Below, one piece after another: positions 51,365 through 60,198 of a DNA stretch of 64,000 nt. The position numbers and the translations under genes were made by a program. Every line of letters starts with the position of its first letter. Position 1 is the first letter of the stretch. The notes below the pieces were generated by a model. It saw nothing but the letters and a program-made list of their open reading frames with translations. It was not told the origin of the DNA and ran no database searches. The DNA comes from an uncultured virus (IMG/VR IMGVR_UViG_2881717282_000001) (Duplodnaviria > Heunggongvirae > Uroviricota > Caudoviricetes): IMG/VR virus record IMGVR_UViG_2881717282_000001, positions 1 to 64,000 of that record; one strand, written 5' to 3'.

Positions 51365-52351
51365 ATGAAGCTCGTACAATCTATTCTTACAAAGAACCCC
51401 TGCTATACCGCAGGAAGAAAAATCACTGTAAAAGGACTTATGCTCCACTCCGTCGGATGTCCTCAGCCAAGGGCATCCGTTTTCATTAACAACTGGAACA
51501 GCCCTAGCTACAATAATGCCTGCGTCCACGGTTTTATTGATGGTAACGATGGCACTGTCTATCAGACACTTCCTTGGAATCATCGTGGCTGGCATGCAGG
51601 TGGTGCAGCAAACAATACTCATATCGGTGTTGAAATGTGTGAACCTGCCTGCATCAAATACACCGGTGGCTCTACTTTTACCTGCAGCGACCTTGCAACT
51701 GCAAAGGCTTCTGCAAAGAGAACCTACAACGCTGCCGTAGAGCTTTTCGCAATGCTCTGCAAGCAGTATGGGCTGAATCCTACTGCTGATGGCGTCATCA
51801 TTTCTCATAAAGAAGGTCATGCCCGTGGCATTGCCTCCAATCACGGAGACCCGGAACATCTCTGGAGAGGTCTTGGCCTTTCTTACACGATGGCTGGATT
51901 CCGTAAGGATGTAAAAGCAGCTATGGGCTCTGGCTCTGCTCCTTCTGATGGAGGTACAAAGCAGCCAGCAACTCAGATGTACCGTGTCCGCAAAACTTGG
52001 TCCGATTCCAAGAGTCAGCTGGGTGCCTATAAGGTACTGGCCAATGCCAAGAAAAAAGCAGATGAGAATTCCGGTTACAAGGTATTTGATGCTTCCGGCA
52101 ATGTTGTCTACCCAGCTGTATCCACACCGGCACCCACTCCTTCCAAGGATACTTCCTATAAAGTTCAGATTGATATCTCTAATCTGAATATCCGCAAAGG
52201 ACCGGGTACCAACTATGGAAGAACCGGTCAGTTCACTGGCAAGGGAATCTTTACAATCGTTCAGGAATCCAAGGGTGAAGGTGCTACCCTCTGGGGCAAG
52301 CTGAAATCCGGAGCTGGATGGATTTCTCTCGATTTTGCAAAGAAGTTATAA
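51365..52351 (+). CDS. Endolysin: N-acetylmuramoyl-L-alanine amidase with SH3b-like cell-wall domain
   Basis: LMLHS, GWHAG, IGVEMCE, SH..NHGDP; LNIRKGPGT, WGKLKSGAGWISL. Confidence 0.9.
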   Translation: MKLVQSILTKNPCYTAGRKITVKGLMLHSVGCPQPRASVFINNWNSPSYNNACVHGFIDGNDGTVYQTLPWNHRGWHAGGAANNTHIGVEMCEPACIKYTGGSTFTCSDLATAKASAKRTYNAAVELFAMLCKQYGLNPTADGVIISHKEGHARGIASNHGDPEHLWRGLGLSYTMAGFRKDVKAAMGSGSAPSDGGTKQPATQMYRVRKTWSDSKSQLGAYKVLANAKKKADENSGYKVFDASGNVVYPAVSTPAPTPSKDTSYKVQIDISNLNIRKGPGTNYGRTGQFTGKGIFTIVQESKGEGATLWGKLKSGAGWISLDFAKKL

Positions 52352-52366
52352 GGCACACCTTTTCAC

Positions 52367-52406
52367 AGGGTCTGTGGGAGTTTTCTCCTGCAGGCCCTCT
52401 TTTTTT
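52367..52406 (+). terminator. Intrinsic terminator after lysis cassette
   Basis: AGGGTCTGTGGGAG-tttt-CTCCTGCAGGCCCT followed by a T tract. Confidence 0.75.
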
Positions 52407-52538
52407 ATTTTTGATGGCTCAAAAGCTCACTTCACCTCCATTGGATAGTGGAGGCAGATAATTTTATCTTTTTTTCGGCCAAACCGCTATCTCGCCTCCA
52501 TTTAGTAGTGAGGAACTTCCTCAGATTGGAGGCAAGCT

Positions 52539-52961
52539 ATGACAAGCGAACAGAAACAACAGATACATCTTCTAAGAGAGAAAGGATACGGCTATGCCAC
52601 CATCGCTGAAGCTCTCGGTCTTACGAAGAATCAGGTGTCAGCCTATTGCAGAAGAAATAATCTCTCCGGTACAAAAGCAGAACGCACAGTTAGTAGTCGT
52701 CCAGATAGTGATTGCTGTCTTTGCTGCGGAAAGCCGCTGACCCAGACTCCCGGAAGAAAGCCTATCAAGTTTTGCAGCAATGAGTGCCGTGTTAAGTGGT
52801 GGAACAGCCATCAGGATATGGTGAATAAGAAAGCCATCTACTCCTTTACCTGCGCCTGCTGCGGAAAGGAGTTTACTGCTTATGGCAATGCAAAAAGAAA
52901 ATACTGTTCTCACGCCTGCTACATCACCGACCGATTCGGAACCGGCAGCACCAATGACTGA
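52539..52961 (+). CDS. HTH + zinc-finger protein upstream of recombinases
   Basis: GYATIAEALGL HTH; CLCC, FCSNEC, CACC, YCSHAC. Confidence 0.75.
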   Translation: MTSEQKQQIHLLREKGYGYATIAEALGLTKNQVSAYCRRNNLSGTKAERTVSSRPDSDCCLCCGKPLTQTPGRKPIKFCSNECRVKWWNSHQDMVNKKAIYSFTCACCGKEFTAYGNAKRKYCSHACYITDRFGTGSTND

Positions 52962-53133
52962 TGAACAATTCGAGCGTGAAAAACGCTATCAGGCAAGCAT
53001 GAATCTCTTCCAGAATATGCTCAACAAGGGCCTCATTACCCCTGAACAGTACGCCATAATTGATACAAAGATGCTGGAAAAATACCAGCCACTATTGGGT
53101 ACATTATTTGCCACAGATGGCTTGACTATATAG
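52954..53133 (+). CDS. SHOCT-like small protein (possible recombination accessory factor)
   Basis: MLNKGLITPEQY; overlaps upstream gene. Confidence 0.65.
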   Translation: MTDEQFEREKRYQASMNLFQNMLNKGLITPEQYAIIDTKMLEKYQPLLGTLFATDGLTI

Positions 53134-53155
53134 CCTTTTAGAGTGATGTATAGTA
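53121..53155 (+). promoter_or_regulatory. Variant copy 4 of the cassette promoter, upstream of recombinase 1
   Basis: CTTGACTATATAGCCTTTTAGAGTGATGTATAGTA. Confidence 0.65.
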
Positions 53156-53174
53156 ATGGAAAGGAGCTGATTTC

Positions 53175-54956
53175 ATGCGAAAAATCAACAAAATCGAGCC
53201 AAAGATACCGACGCTGCCGACCAGAAAAAAGGTCGCTGCATACGCCAGAGTTTCAATGGAAACAGAGAGGCTCCACCATTCTTTATCAGCTCAGGTCAGT
53301 TACTACAGTGAACTGATTCAGCGCAATCCTGAATGGGAGTACGTTGGCGTATATGCAGATGACGGTATCACCGGCACACAAACAAATCGAGAAGAATTTC
53401 AAAGGCTTATGGCAGATTGCGAAGCTGGCAAGATAGACATTATTCTTACCAAGTCCATCTCCCGTTTTGCAAGAAACACCGTAGACCTTCTCCAGACAGT
53501 CCGTCACCTAAAGGAGCTTGGAATTGAAGTCCGCTTTGAAAAGGAACACATCAATTCACTCTCCGGCGATGGCGAGGTCATGCTGACGCTTCTGGCATCC
53601 TTTGCACAGGAAGAAAGCATCAGTATCAGCAACAATGTCAAATGGGGCACCAGAAAACGTTTCGAACAGGGAATTCCAAACGGTCGCTTTATGATTTACG
53701 GCTATCGCTGGGAAGGTGACCATCTTGTCATTGAACCAGAAGAAGCCAAAATCGTAAAACTCATCTTCAACAATTTTCTCAAAGGTCTCTCCGCTGAGGC
53801 CACAGAAAAGCAGCTCGAAGAAATGGGTGTAAAGTCCTATAAGGGACAGCACTTTGGAAATACATCCATCCGCCAGATTCTTGGAAACATTACCTACACT
53901 GGTAACCTTCTCTTTCAAAAGGAATATGTGGTTGACCCACTGACAAAGAAAACCAGAAAGAATAAGGGTGAGTTGCCACAGTATTATGTTGAGAACACCC
54001 ACGAGGCTATCATCGACAAAGAAACCTTCGATACGGTCCAAGAAGAAATCAAAAGGCGCAGGTCCCTTGGTGTGTTTGCAAACTGGAGCATTAACACCAC
54101 CTGCTTTACCAGCAAGGTAAAATGCAGCAAATGCGGCATGAGCTACCGACGCAGTGGAAAGCGCCAACGCAAGAATCCGGACGAAGTTTACTATGTCTGG
54201 ATATGCCGCAGCAAGAGCGACAAAGGTGCGAAGGCCTGTAGCGCCAAAACTATCCCGGAAAAGACGCTCAAACAGTGCTGTACTACTGTTCTTGGCCTTT
54301 CAGAATTTGACGAGGATGTCTTCTTGGATAAGGTTGAAAAGATTGTAGTTGTTGGTGACGACCAGCTGGACTTCTACTTCTATGATGGCCATATTGTAAA
54401 CCACAAGTGGAAATCCACTGCCAGAACAGATTGCTGGTCTGATGAGCGTCGTAAGGCTTGGGGCGAACTTCATAAAGGTAAGAACTTCAGGAAAAAAGAC
54501 CAGAATCCATTCACCGGCTACTTCCGCTGCCCTAACTGTGGCGGTAACTTCCGAAGACAATCCAGAACCTATGTGGATGGCACAAAATTCACTTACTGGC
54601 ATTGTGTAAACGGAACCAGCTGCGGAAATAAAAGCAAGCTGCCAGAAGAGACAGCAAAACAATTTATAGCCGATGCTGCTGGTACACCCGAATTTGACGC
54701 TGATGCCTTCCACGATAAGATTGAAGCCATTTATATGACCGATACTTATGAGGCGACCATCCACATGAAGGATGGAAGCAAAATCGTCAGGACATGGGAG
54801 CCATTAAAGCGTCGAGGCCACAAGCATACCGAGGAATACAAAGAGCATATGCGACGGCTCATGAAGGAGCGCTGGACAGATGAGCGCAAACAAGAAATGA
54901 GCGACAAAATGAAAAAGATAAGGAGTGAGAAATATTGGGCGTCAACAGGAAAGTAA
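53175..54956 (+). CDS. Large serine recombinase 1
   Basis: AYARVS, DDGITGT, KSISRFARN, AQEES, HEAII, two zinc ribbons. Confidence 0.93.
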   Translation: MRKINKIEPKIPTLPTRKKVAAYARVSMETERLHHSLSAQVSYYSELIQRNPEWEYVGVYADDGITGTQTNREEFQRLMADCEAGKIDIILTKSISRFARNTVDLLQTVRHLKELGIEVRFEKEHINSLSGDGEVMLTLLASFAQEESISISNNVKWGTRKRFEQGIPNGRFMIYGYRWEGDHLVIEPEEAKIVKLIFNNFLKGLSAEATEKQLEEMGVKSYKGQHFGNTSIRQILGNITYTGNLLFQKEYVVDPLTKKTRKNKGELPQYYVENTHEAIIDKETFDTVQEEIKRRRSLGVFANWSINTTCFTSKVKCSKCGMSYRRSGKRQRKNPDEVYYVWICRSKSDKGAKACSAKTIPEKTLKQCCTTVLGLSEFDEDVFLDKVEKIVVVGDDQLDFYFYDGHIVNHKWKSTARTDCWSDERRKAWGELHKGKNFRKKDQNPFTGYFRCPNCGGNFRRQSRTYVDGTKFTYWHCVNGTSCGNKSKLPEETAKQFIADAAGTPEFDADAFHDKIEAIYMTDTYEATIHMKDGSKIVRTWEPLKRRGHKHTEEYKEHMRRLMKERWTDERKQEMSDKMKKIRSEKYWASTGK

Positions 54957-56518
54957 AAACCATACCGGCTACGCTGACAAAGTTTACAGCTACGCCGATT
55001 ACAGAACAGAAAAAGCGCAGGACTGCTGGATATGCCCGTGTTTCCACCGACCATGATGACCAGTTCACCAGCTACGCTGCGCAGATTGATTATTATACCA
55101 ACTACATCAAAGGCCGTGACGATTGGGAGTTCGTGGATGTCTATACCGATGAAGGTATCACCGGAACCAGCACCAAACGTCGAGAGGGCTTCAAGAATAT
55201 GATTGCTGATGCCCTTGATGGCAAGATAGACCTAATCGTCACCAAGTCGGTCAGCCGATTTGCCAGAAACACGGTAGACAGCTTGACTACCATCCGTAAG
55301 CTCAAGGAAAAAGGCGTAGAAGTCTACTTCGAGAAGGAAAACATCTGGACCTTCGACAGCAAAGGCGAGCTGCTGCTTACCATCATGTCCTCACTGGCAC
55401 AGGAAGAAAGCCGCTCCATTTCAGAGAACTGTACATGGGGCCAGCGAAAGCGATTTGCAGACGGTAAGGTCACCGTTCCCTTCAAGAGATTTCTTGGCTA
55501 CGACCGTGGCCCAGACGGAAACCTTGTAGTAAATCCAGAACAGGCCGTTACCATCAAACGAATTTACAGTATGTTCCTTCAGGGAATGACCTATCACGGG
55601 ATAGCAAAACAGCTCACCGATGACGGCATCCTGACACCGGGCGGCAAAACAAACTGGAACCAATCAGCTGTAAAAAGCATTCTCACAAACGAAAAGTACA
55701 AAGGTGATGCCCTTTTGCAGAAGTCCTACACTACTGACTTCCTTACTAAGAAGACCAAGGTCAATGAAGGAGAAATCCCACAGTATTATGTAGAGAATAA
55801 CCACGAAGCCATTATCGAGCCGGAAGTATTCGAAATGGTCCAGCGTGAGATATTGAAGCGAGGTCGAGGCAAGAAATACCACAGTGGAGTTCACATCTTC
55901 TCCACTAAAATAAAATGCGGCTGCTGCGGAAGCTGGTACGGCTCAAAGGTCTGGCATTCCAACAGCAAATACCGTAAGGTCATCTGGCAATGCAATCACA
56001 AATTCGATAATGATGAGCGCTGCGATACGCCTCACCTTTACGAAGATGACATCAAGGCAGCATTCCTTTCCGCAGCAAACCAGCTGCTCTCCTGCAAGGA
56101 CAGTGTCATTGCCGATGCTGAAGAAATGATGTCCGCCATCCTTGATACCACAGTATTGGAAAAAGAACAGGATGAGCTGCTCGAAGAGACACAGCTTATT
56201 TCCGAGATGGTCCAAGCCGCCATTAGAGAAAATGCTACCGTTGCCCTAGACCAAACCGAATACCAGAAACGCTACGACAGCCTTTCGACAAAATTCGACA
56301 AATCAAAAGCAAGGCTCGAACAGGTCATGGCCGACCTGCAACAGATGCAACTACAAAGAGCTGAATACGAATCCTTCCTCAAAACCTTCAAGCAGCTGCC
56401 GGACTCCTTGGAAGAGTTCAGCATTGACAGCTGGAATAGTCTTGTAGAATACGCAACAGTCTACAGCACTGACGACATCCGCTTCACCTTCAAGAACGGT
56501 CAGGAAATCAAGGCATAA
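54935..56518 (+). CDS. Large serine recombinase 2
   Basis: GYARVST, DEGITGT, KSVSRFARN, NEKYKG, zinc ribbon, coiled coil. Confidence 0.93.
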   Translation: MGVNRKVKTIPATLTKFTATPITEQKKRRTAGYARVSTDHDDQFTSYAAQIDYYTNYIKGRDDWEFVDVYTDEGITGTSTKRREGFKNMIADALDGKIDLIVTKSVSRFARNTVDSLTTIRKLKEKGVEVYFEKENIWTFDSKGELLLTIMSSLAQEESRSISENCTWGQRKRFADGKVTVPFKRFLGYDRGPDGNLVVNPEQAVTIKRIYSMFLQGMTYHGIAKQLTDDGILTPGGKTNWNQSAVKSILTNEKYKGDALLQKSYTTDFLTKKTKVNEGEIPQYYVENNHEAIIEPEVFEMVQREILKRGRGKKYHSGVHIFSTKIKCGCCGSWYGSKVWHSNSKYRKVIWQCNHKFDNDERCDTPHLYEDDIKAAFLSAANQLLSCKDSVIADAEEMMSAILDTTVLEKEQDELLEETQLISEMVQAAIRENATVALDQTEYQKRYDSLSTKFDKSKARLEQVMADLQQMQLQRAEYESFLKTFKQLPDSLEEFSIDSWNSLVEYATVYSTDDIRFTFKNGQEIKA

Positions 56519-56522
56519 AAGT

Positions 56523-56566
56523 ACAGCCCCACCACTGGATTTTACTCCAGTAGTGAGGCTGTTTTT
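56523..56566. terminator. Terminator hairpin between convergent genes
   Basis: ACAGCC.CAC.ACTGGA...TCCAGT.GTG.GGCTGT followed by a T run. Confidence 0.7.
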
Positions 56567-56691
56567 TACTTCTGTTCAATCTGAGGATTTGCAGGCAACG
56601 TCCTCTTTATTAGCTCAAGGATAATTTCCTTGACACTATCAACAATTTTAATAGCTACTTCATCACTAAACACATTTCTTTTTTCTTCCAT
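56566..56691 (-). CDS. Very small hypothetical protein
   Basis: GGAGG RBS before ATG 56691. Confidence 0.45.
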   Translation of the reverse strand: MEEKRNVFSDEVAIKIVDSVKEIILELIKRTLPANPQIEQK

Positions 56692-56707
56692 AGGATAACC
56701 TCCGCAA

Positions 56708-57016
56708 TTATATTTTTTCCAAGTTGTCGATAAATACTTGAAGTCCAGCAAGTAAACCCGGATATTTTTTCAAGAAATCATCTGGTTGCTTCTTTTTCAA
56801 ATAGTTCAATTCGTCTTCAAAAAGCGCATCGAGTGAGATGTCGAGTTTAGCCGCCAGAACGAGTAGCTTCTCTACTTCTGGATAACCACCGTCACGCTCC
56901 CATTTAGATACAGCCTGACGGCTAAAGTTCTCACCGAAGAAATCGGCCACGTCGTCTTGGGACAGTCCTTTTTCTTCTCTTCTGGCTTTTAGCTTCTCAC
57001 CAAACATATCAATCAC
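56708..57016 (-). CDS. XRE-family HTH regulator
   Basis: GEKLKARREEKGLSQDDVA..SRQAVSKWE...YPE. Confidence 0.9.
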   Translation of the reverse strand: MIDMFGEKLKARREEKGLSQDDVADFFGENFSRQAVSKWERDGGYPEVEKLLVLAAKLDISLDALFEDELNYLKKKQPDDFLKKYPGLLAGLQVFIDNLEKI

Positions 57017-57101
57017 CTCTCTTTCTGATTACATTTTACTTGCTATGGAAGAAAAAATCGAAAACCTGAATTTGCATCTAGCAACTTGAAGTTGCTAATC
57101 T

Positions 57102-58280
57102 CTATTTTGAATCTTGTTCGTTCTCATCATGTTCAGGCAAAGCATATCCACCAGTCATATCTGATAAAAATGGATAATAGTGGAATGGCTCATCCTGACA
57201 GATAGCCATAAACATTTCATGCTCATATCCAGTGGTTTGTGGCGTGTATTTTCGATAATATACTTCTTTTTCATCCTTAATGCTTAATGACACTCCATCG
57301 TCTGGCTTCATTATCCCAACAATTCTTTCGGACGCAGAGTCTCTAAGCATAATAATTGGATACGGAGAATTGAATACCTCAATGCTCTCCTCCTCCGAAC
57401 CGTTCATTCGGTCGCAGACAAGAAGGACTTGATATGAATCTTGAATATTGGCTGCATCCACCTCTATATAGTGATAATGATTAACTGGGGAGCGCATAGC
57501 CTTATAATCCTCTTCGCTTCCAAAGAATAAATAAGTTTTCGGGTTATATAATCTATGTGCAACATGTTGATTGTCTACATTGGCGAAAAAGGTCTCTATG
57601 TATGTCTTGGAATCGTCCAAGATACTGCTGCAAAAATTTATTTTCTTTTTCAACAAATCAAGCGCATTTTCTTTGACATGCGGTCTTCCGTCTTTTTCAA
57701 ACTCTGGTACTGCAACGCTCCCTTTGACTGCTAAAATATCAAACTTGTTTTCAACATATATCTGACGTCTATGCTTTAATGTATTGTTATAGTCAGCAAT
57801 ATAGAGATACTCCTGATTAGTTGGCAGCGCAATTACGTCCGTTATAAATTGTCCTGTATATTCAGGGAAAGAAGCCATCTTTCCTGCAACCTTTGTAAGC
57901 GATACTCGCTCCATCGGTAATCCATCTTCTGCAAATAGACTTGCATTTAACCACTGAGCAAACGTGTCAAAGAAATTATGCAATAAGCTCAATATCTCCA
58001 TTGTGAGCTTATCCATAATCACTGTGGGAGATGCTTCCACTCCTAAATAATTAACACTATTGGTATGCGCAGAATATGTTCCTTTACCTTTCGTGGCTGC
58101 ATCTCTATAAAATTCTTCTGCCACATCTGTTTCTTTTTTCTGATAATCTGCAACAACATTATTTAATGCCGATAGGCTCAATTGGGCCAAATACAATTTA
58201 TAACTACATGCTTCATAATACTGATATGCATCAACCATCTTCTTATCTTTCAAAAATTTTATAAACTTGTAATCTGTCAT
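57102..58280 (-). CDS. Hypothetical protein with HEPN (Cthe_2314-like) N-terminal domain
   Basis: HNFFDTFAQWLN helix and YNNTLKHR motif. Confidence 0.6.
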   Translation of the reverse strand: MTDYKFIKFLKDKKMVDAYQYYEACSYKLYLAQLSLSALNNVVADYQKKETDVAEEFYRDAATKGKGTYSAHTNSVNYLGVEASPTVIMDKLTMEILSLLHNFFDTFAQWLNASLFAEDGLPMERVSLTKVAGKMASFPEYTGQFITDVIALPTNQEYLYIADYNNTLKHRRQIYVENKFDILAVKGSVAVPEFEKDGRPHVKENALDLLKKKINFCSSILDDSKTYIETFFANVDNQHVAHRLYNPKTYLFFGSEEDYKAMRSPVNHYHYIEVDAANIQDSYQVLLVCDRMNGSEEESIEVFNSPYPIIMLRDSASERIVGIMKPDDGVSLSIKDEKEVYYRKYTPQTTGYEHEMFMAICQDEPFHYYPFLSDMTGGYALPEHDENEQDSK

Positions 58281-58466
58281 CTAAAACACCCCTTCACTTT
58301 TAAATTTTGCGTATATCTCTAGCATCTGCTTCCCAATGACTTCCGGTTCACACTTGTTAGCTTCGCAAATCATCCTCAAGCCATCCGGTGTAAGTATTCT
58401 TCCGTATGTCCTATCTTCACACAGTTTATTATAATCTTCCAGCTGCTTCTTTGTAATTGTTGGCAT
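58281..58466 (-). CDS. Small hypothetical protein
   Basis: GGAGG RBS before ATG 58466; abuts downstream gene. Confidence 0.6.
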   Translation of the reverse strand: MPTITKKQLEDYNKLCEDRTYGRILTPDGLRMICEANKCEPEVIGKQMLEIYAKFKSEGVF

Positions 58467-58555
58467 GTATAAAACCTCCGTATAAAAAAATAAGCCGGTA
58501 CGGGACCGACACCTCAAACGACACCCCGACACCTCAAGGGTTATGCAACATTAAA

Positions 58556-58604
58556 TTGTATTAAATAGCGAGTCTTAATTTCGTAAACTTTATTGATAGA
58601 TGTT
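58556..58604. other. Right attachment junction, core TC at 58581-58582
   Basis: HsdM similarity ends at INKVY; element arm gtattaaatagcgagtcttaatt. Confidence 0.85.
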
Positions 58605-59260
58605 TTGCCTACAGTTCCCAATTTTGTCAAAAGTACTGAAACCTGTGAAGGTGTGAAAAACTCACCTCCAGACTTACCTGCATTAGACGCATACATAGAC
58701 ATCAAATATTCATAAGCATCTCCAAACGCATCAATATCATGATCTGAGATAGAACCCAGCTTCATATCGCGAATACCAATCAGCAATTTAGCAAGTCGTT
58801 TGTTTCTTTGTGCAACAGTATTTCCCAATTTATTGCTATTAACATCAAAATCATCAAACAATCCAGAAAAATCAGCTTCTGATTCTGTACCAGATGCGGA
58901 TTCTTCAATATGTCGGAATACTTTTTCTAATGTTTCGTTTAAGTTTTCATCTTTTTCAGCACGACTACAAACATTGGAAAAAAGTTCACTTGGCAAGATA
59001 AAATATCCCTTTTCATTTACCAGTCCTTCTCGTGCTTCTTCTGCTTCATCATCTGACATTTTTGCATAATCAAAATCGGTGTTTCCTGCATCCCATTCGC
59101 CCTGATTGATATAATATGTCAAATCTTCTGATATATAACGATAAAACATCGTGCCAAGAACATAATTTTTAAAATCCCAACCATCTACGGCTCCTCGTAG
59201 ATCATCAGCTATGCTCCATATAGCACGATGTAATTCTTCTCTTTGATTATTATTTGGCAT
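58581..59260 (-). pseudogene. hsdM: 5' half of host type I methyltransferase, split by prophage
   Basis: ELHRAIWSIADDLRGAVDGWDFK, GDAYEYL, GKSGGEFFTP; ends at INKVY. Confidence 0.95.
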
Positions 59261-59427
59261 TGTACTCTCCCTTTATATGTTATTAAATGTTCTCTTTAAT
59301 GTAAGCGTCAGATAAAACAGTGGATTCCAATTCATCAATAAATCTCCGATAATTTTAGTGAATTCAATTAGAGTTTTTAGAGCTGCTCCAAGAACTTTAA
59401 AAAATTCTAGATCGGAGTCTAAATTAT

Positions 59428-59805
59428 ATGAAGGCTGAATTATCTCCTGTGAAACAGGTGAAGATCGAATACTGGCTTGAAGTGATCCATAAGTGCCGGG
59501 CCAGTGGTCTCACAAATACAGAATTTTGTAAACAGAACAATATCAGTGAAAAAAGCTATTACTATTATCTGGCCAAGATTCGAAAGATGGCGATCGAAGA
59601 TATCCCGAAGAAAAATTCAAATCTTCCAGTTGACTGGTCATCAAAAAATAAAAATACCTGTTTTGAAGAAATACCTGTATCTTCATTGCCTGCTGCACAT
59701 ACTGATTCCATATCTATCCATATCGGTAATGTGGATATCGAAATGTCAGAAGATGTATCGGAAGAATTTCTGATCAAATTATTTAGAGCGGCATCAAAAT
59801 GTTAG
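59428..59805 (+). CDS. tnpA: IS66 accessory protein
   Basis: W...I..CRASGLT..EFC..NNIS..SYYY. Confidence 0.85.
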   Translation: MKAELSPVKQVKIEYWLEVIHKCRASGLTNTEFCKQNNISEKSYYYYLAKIRKMAIEDIPKKNSNLPVDWSSKNKNTCFEEIPVSSLPAAHTDSISIHIGNVDIEMSEDVSEEFLIKLFRAASKC

Positions 59806-60152
59806 ATCTAAACAAACTCGATCACATCTATTTAGCTTGTGGTCATACCGATATGCGAAAGTCAATTGATGGTCTTTCCGCCATCGTCCAGGAAGAATTT
59901 CAATTGGATCCGTTTTCAAGCAGTCTGTTTCTTTTTTGTGGAAGGAAGAATGATCGGATCAAGGCATTGTATTGGGATGGTGATGGTTTTCTTTTGATGT
60001 ATAAACGTTTGGAAGACGGACGGTTCAGATGGCCTAGAAAACAGAAAGAAGTCAAAGATCTTACACATCAGCAGCTTCGATGGCTGCTGGAAGGATTAGA
60101 GATCGAACAGCCGAAGGTCATCAAAAAAGTCAGTCCAAAAAGTGTGATATAA
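59799..60152 (+). CDS. tnpB: IS66 accessory protein
   Basis: TDMRKSIDGL, LFLFCG, WDGDGF, KRLEDGRFRWP. Confidence 0.92.
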   Translation: MLDLNKLDHIYLACGHTDMRKSIDGLSAIVQEEFQLDPFSSSLFLFCGRKNDRIKALYWDGDGFLLMYKRLEDGRFRWPRKQKEVKDLTHQQLRWLLEGLEIEQPKVIKKVSPKSVI

Positions 60153-60198
60153 ATCGCTCAAAAACGCGATATATAAAGCATATTATGGTATAATATAG

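Larger units (their letters stand above)
2774..58582. mobile_element. Siphovirus-like prophage integrated in hsdM
   Basis: Replication, packaging, head, tail, lysis and recombinase modules all present; joining the hsdM halves at the shared TC (2774-2775, 58581-58582) restores AAA GTT TAC GAT CCC GCG TGC = KVYDPAC. Confidence 0.93.
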
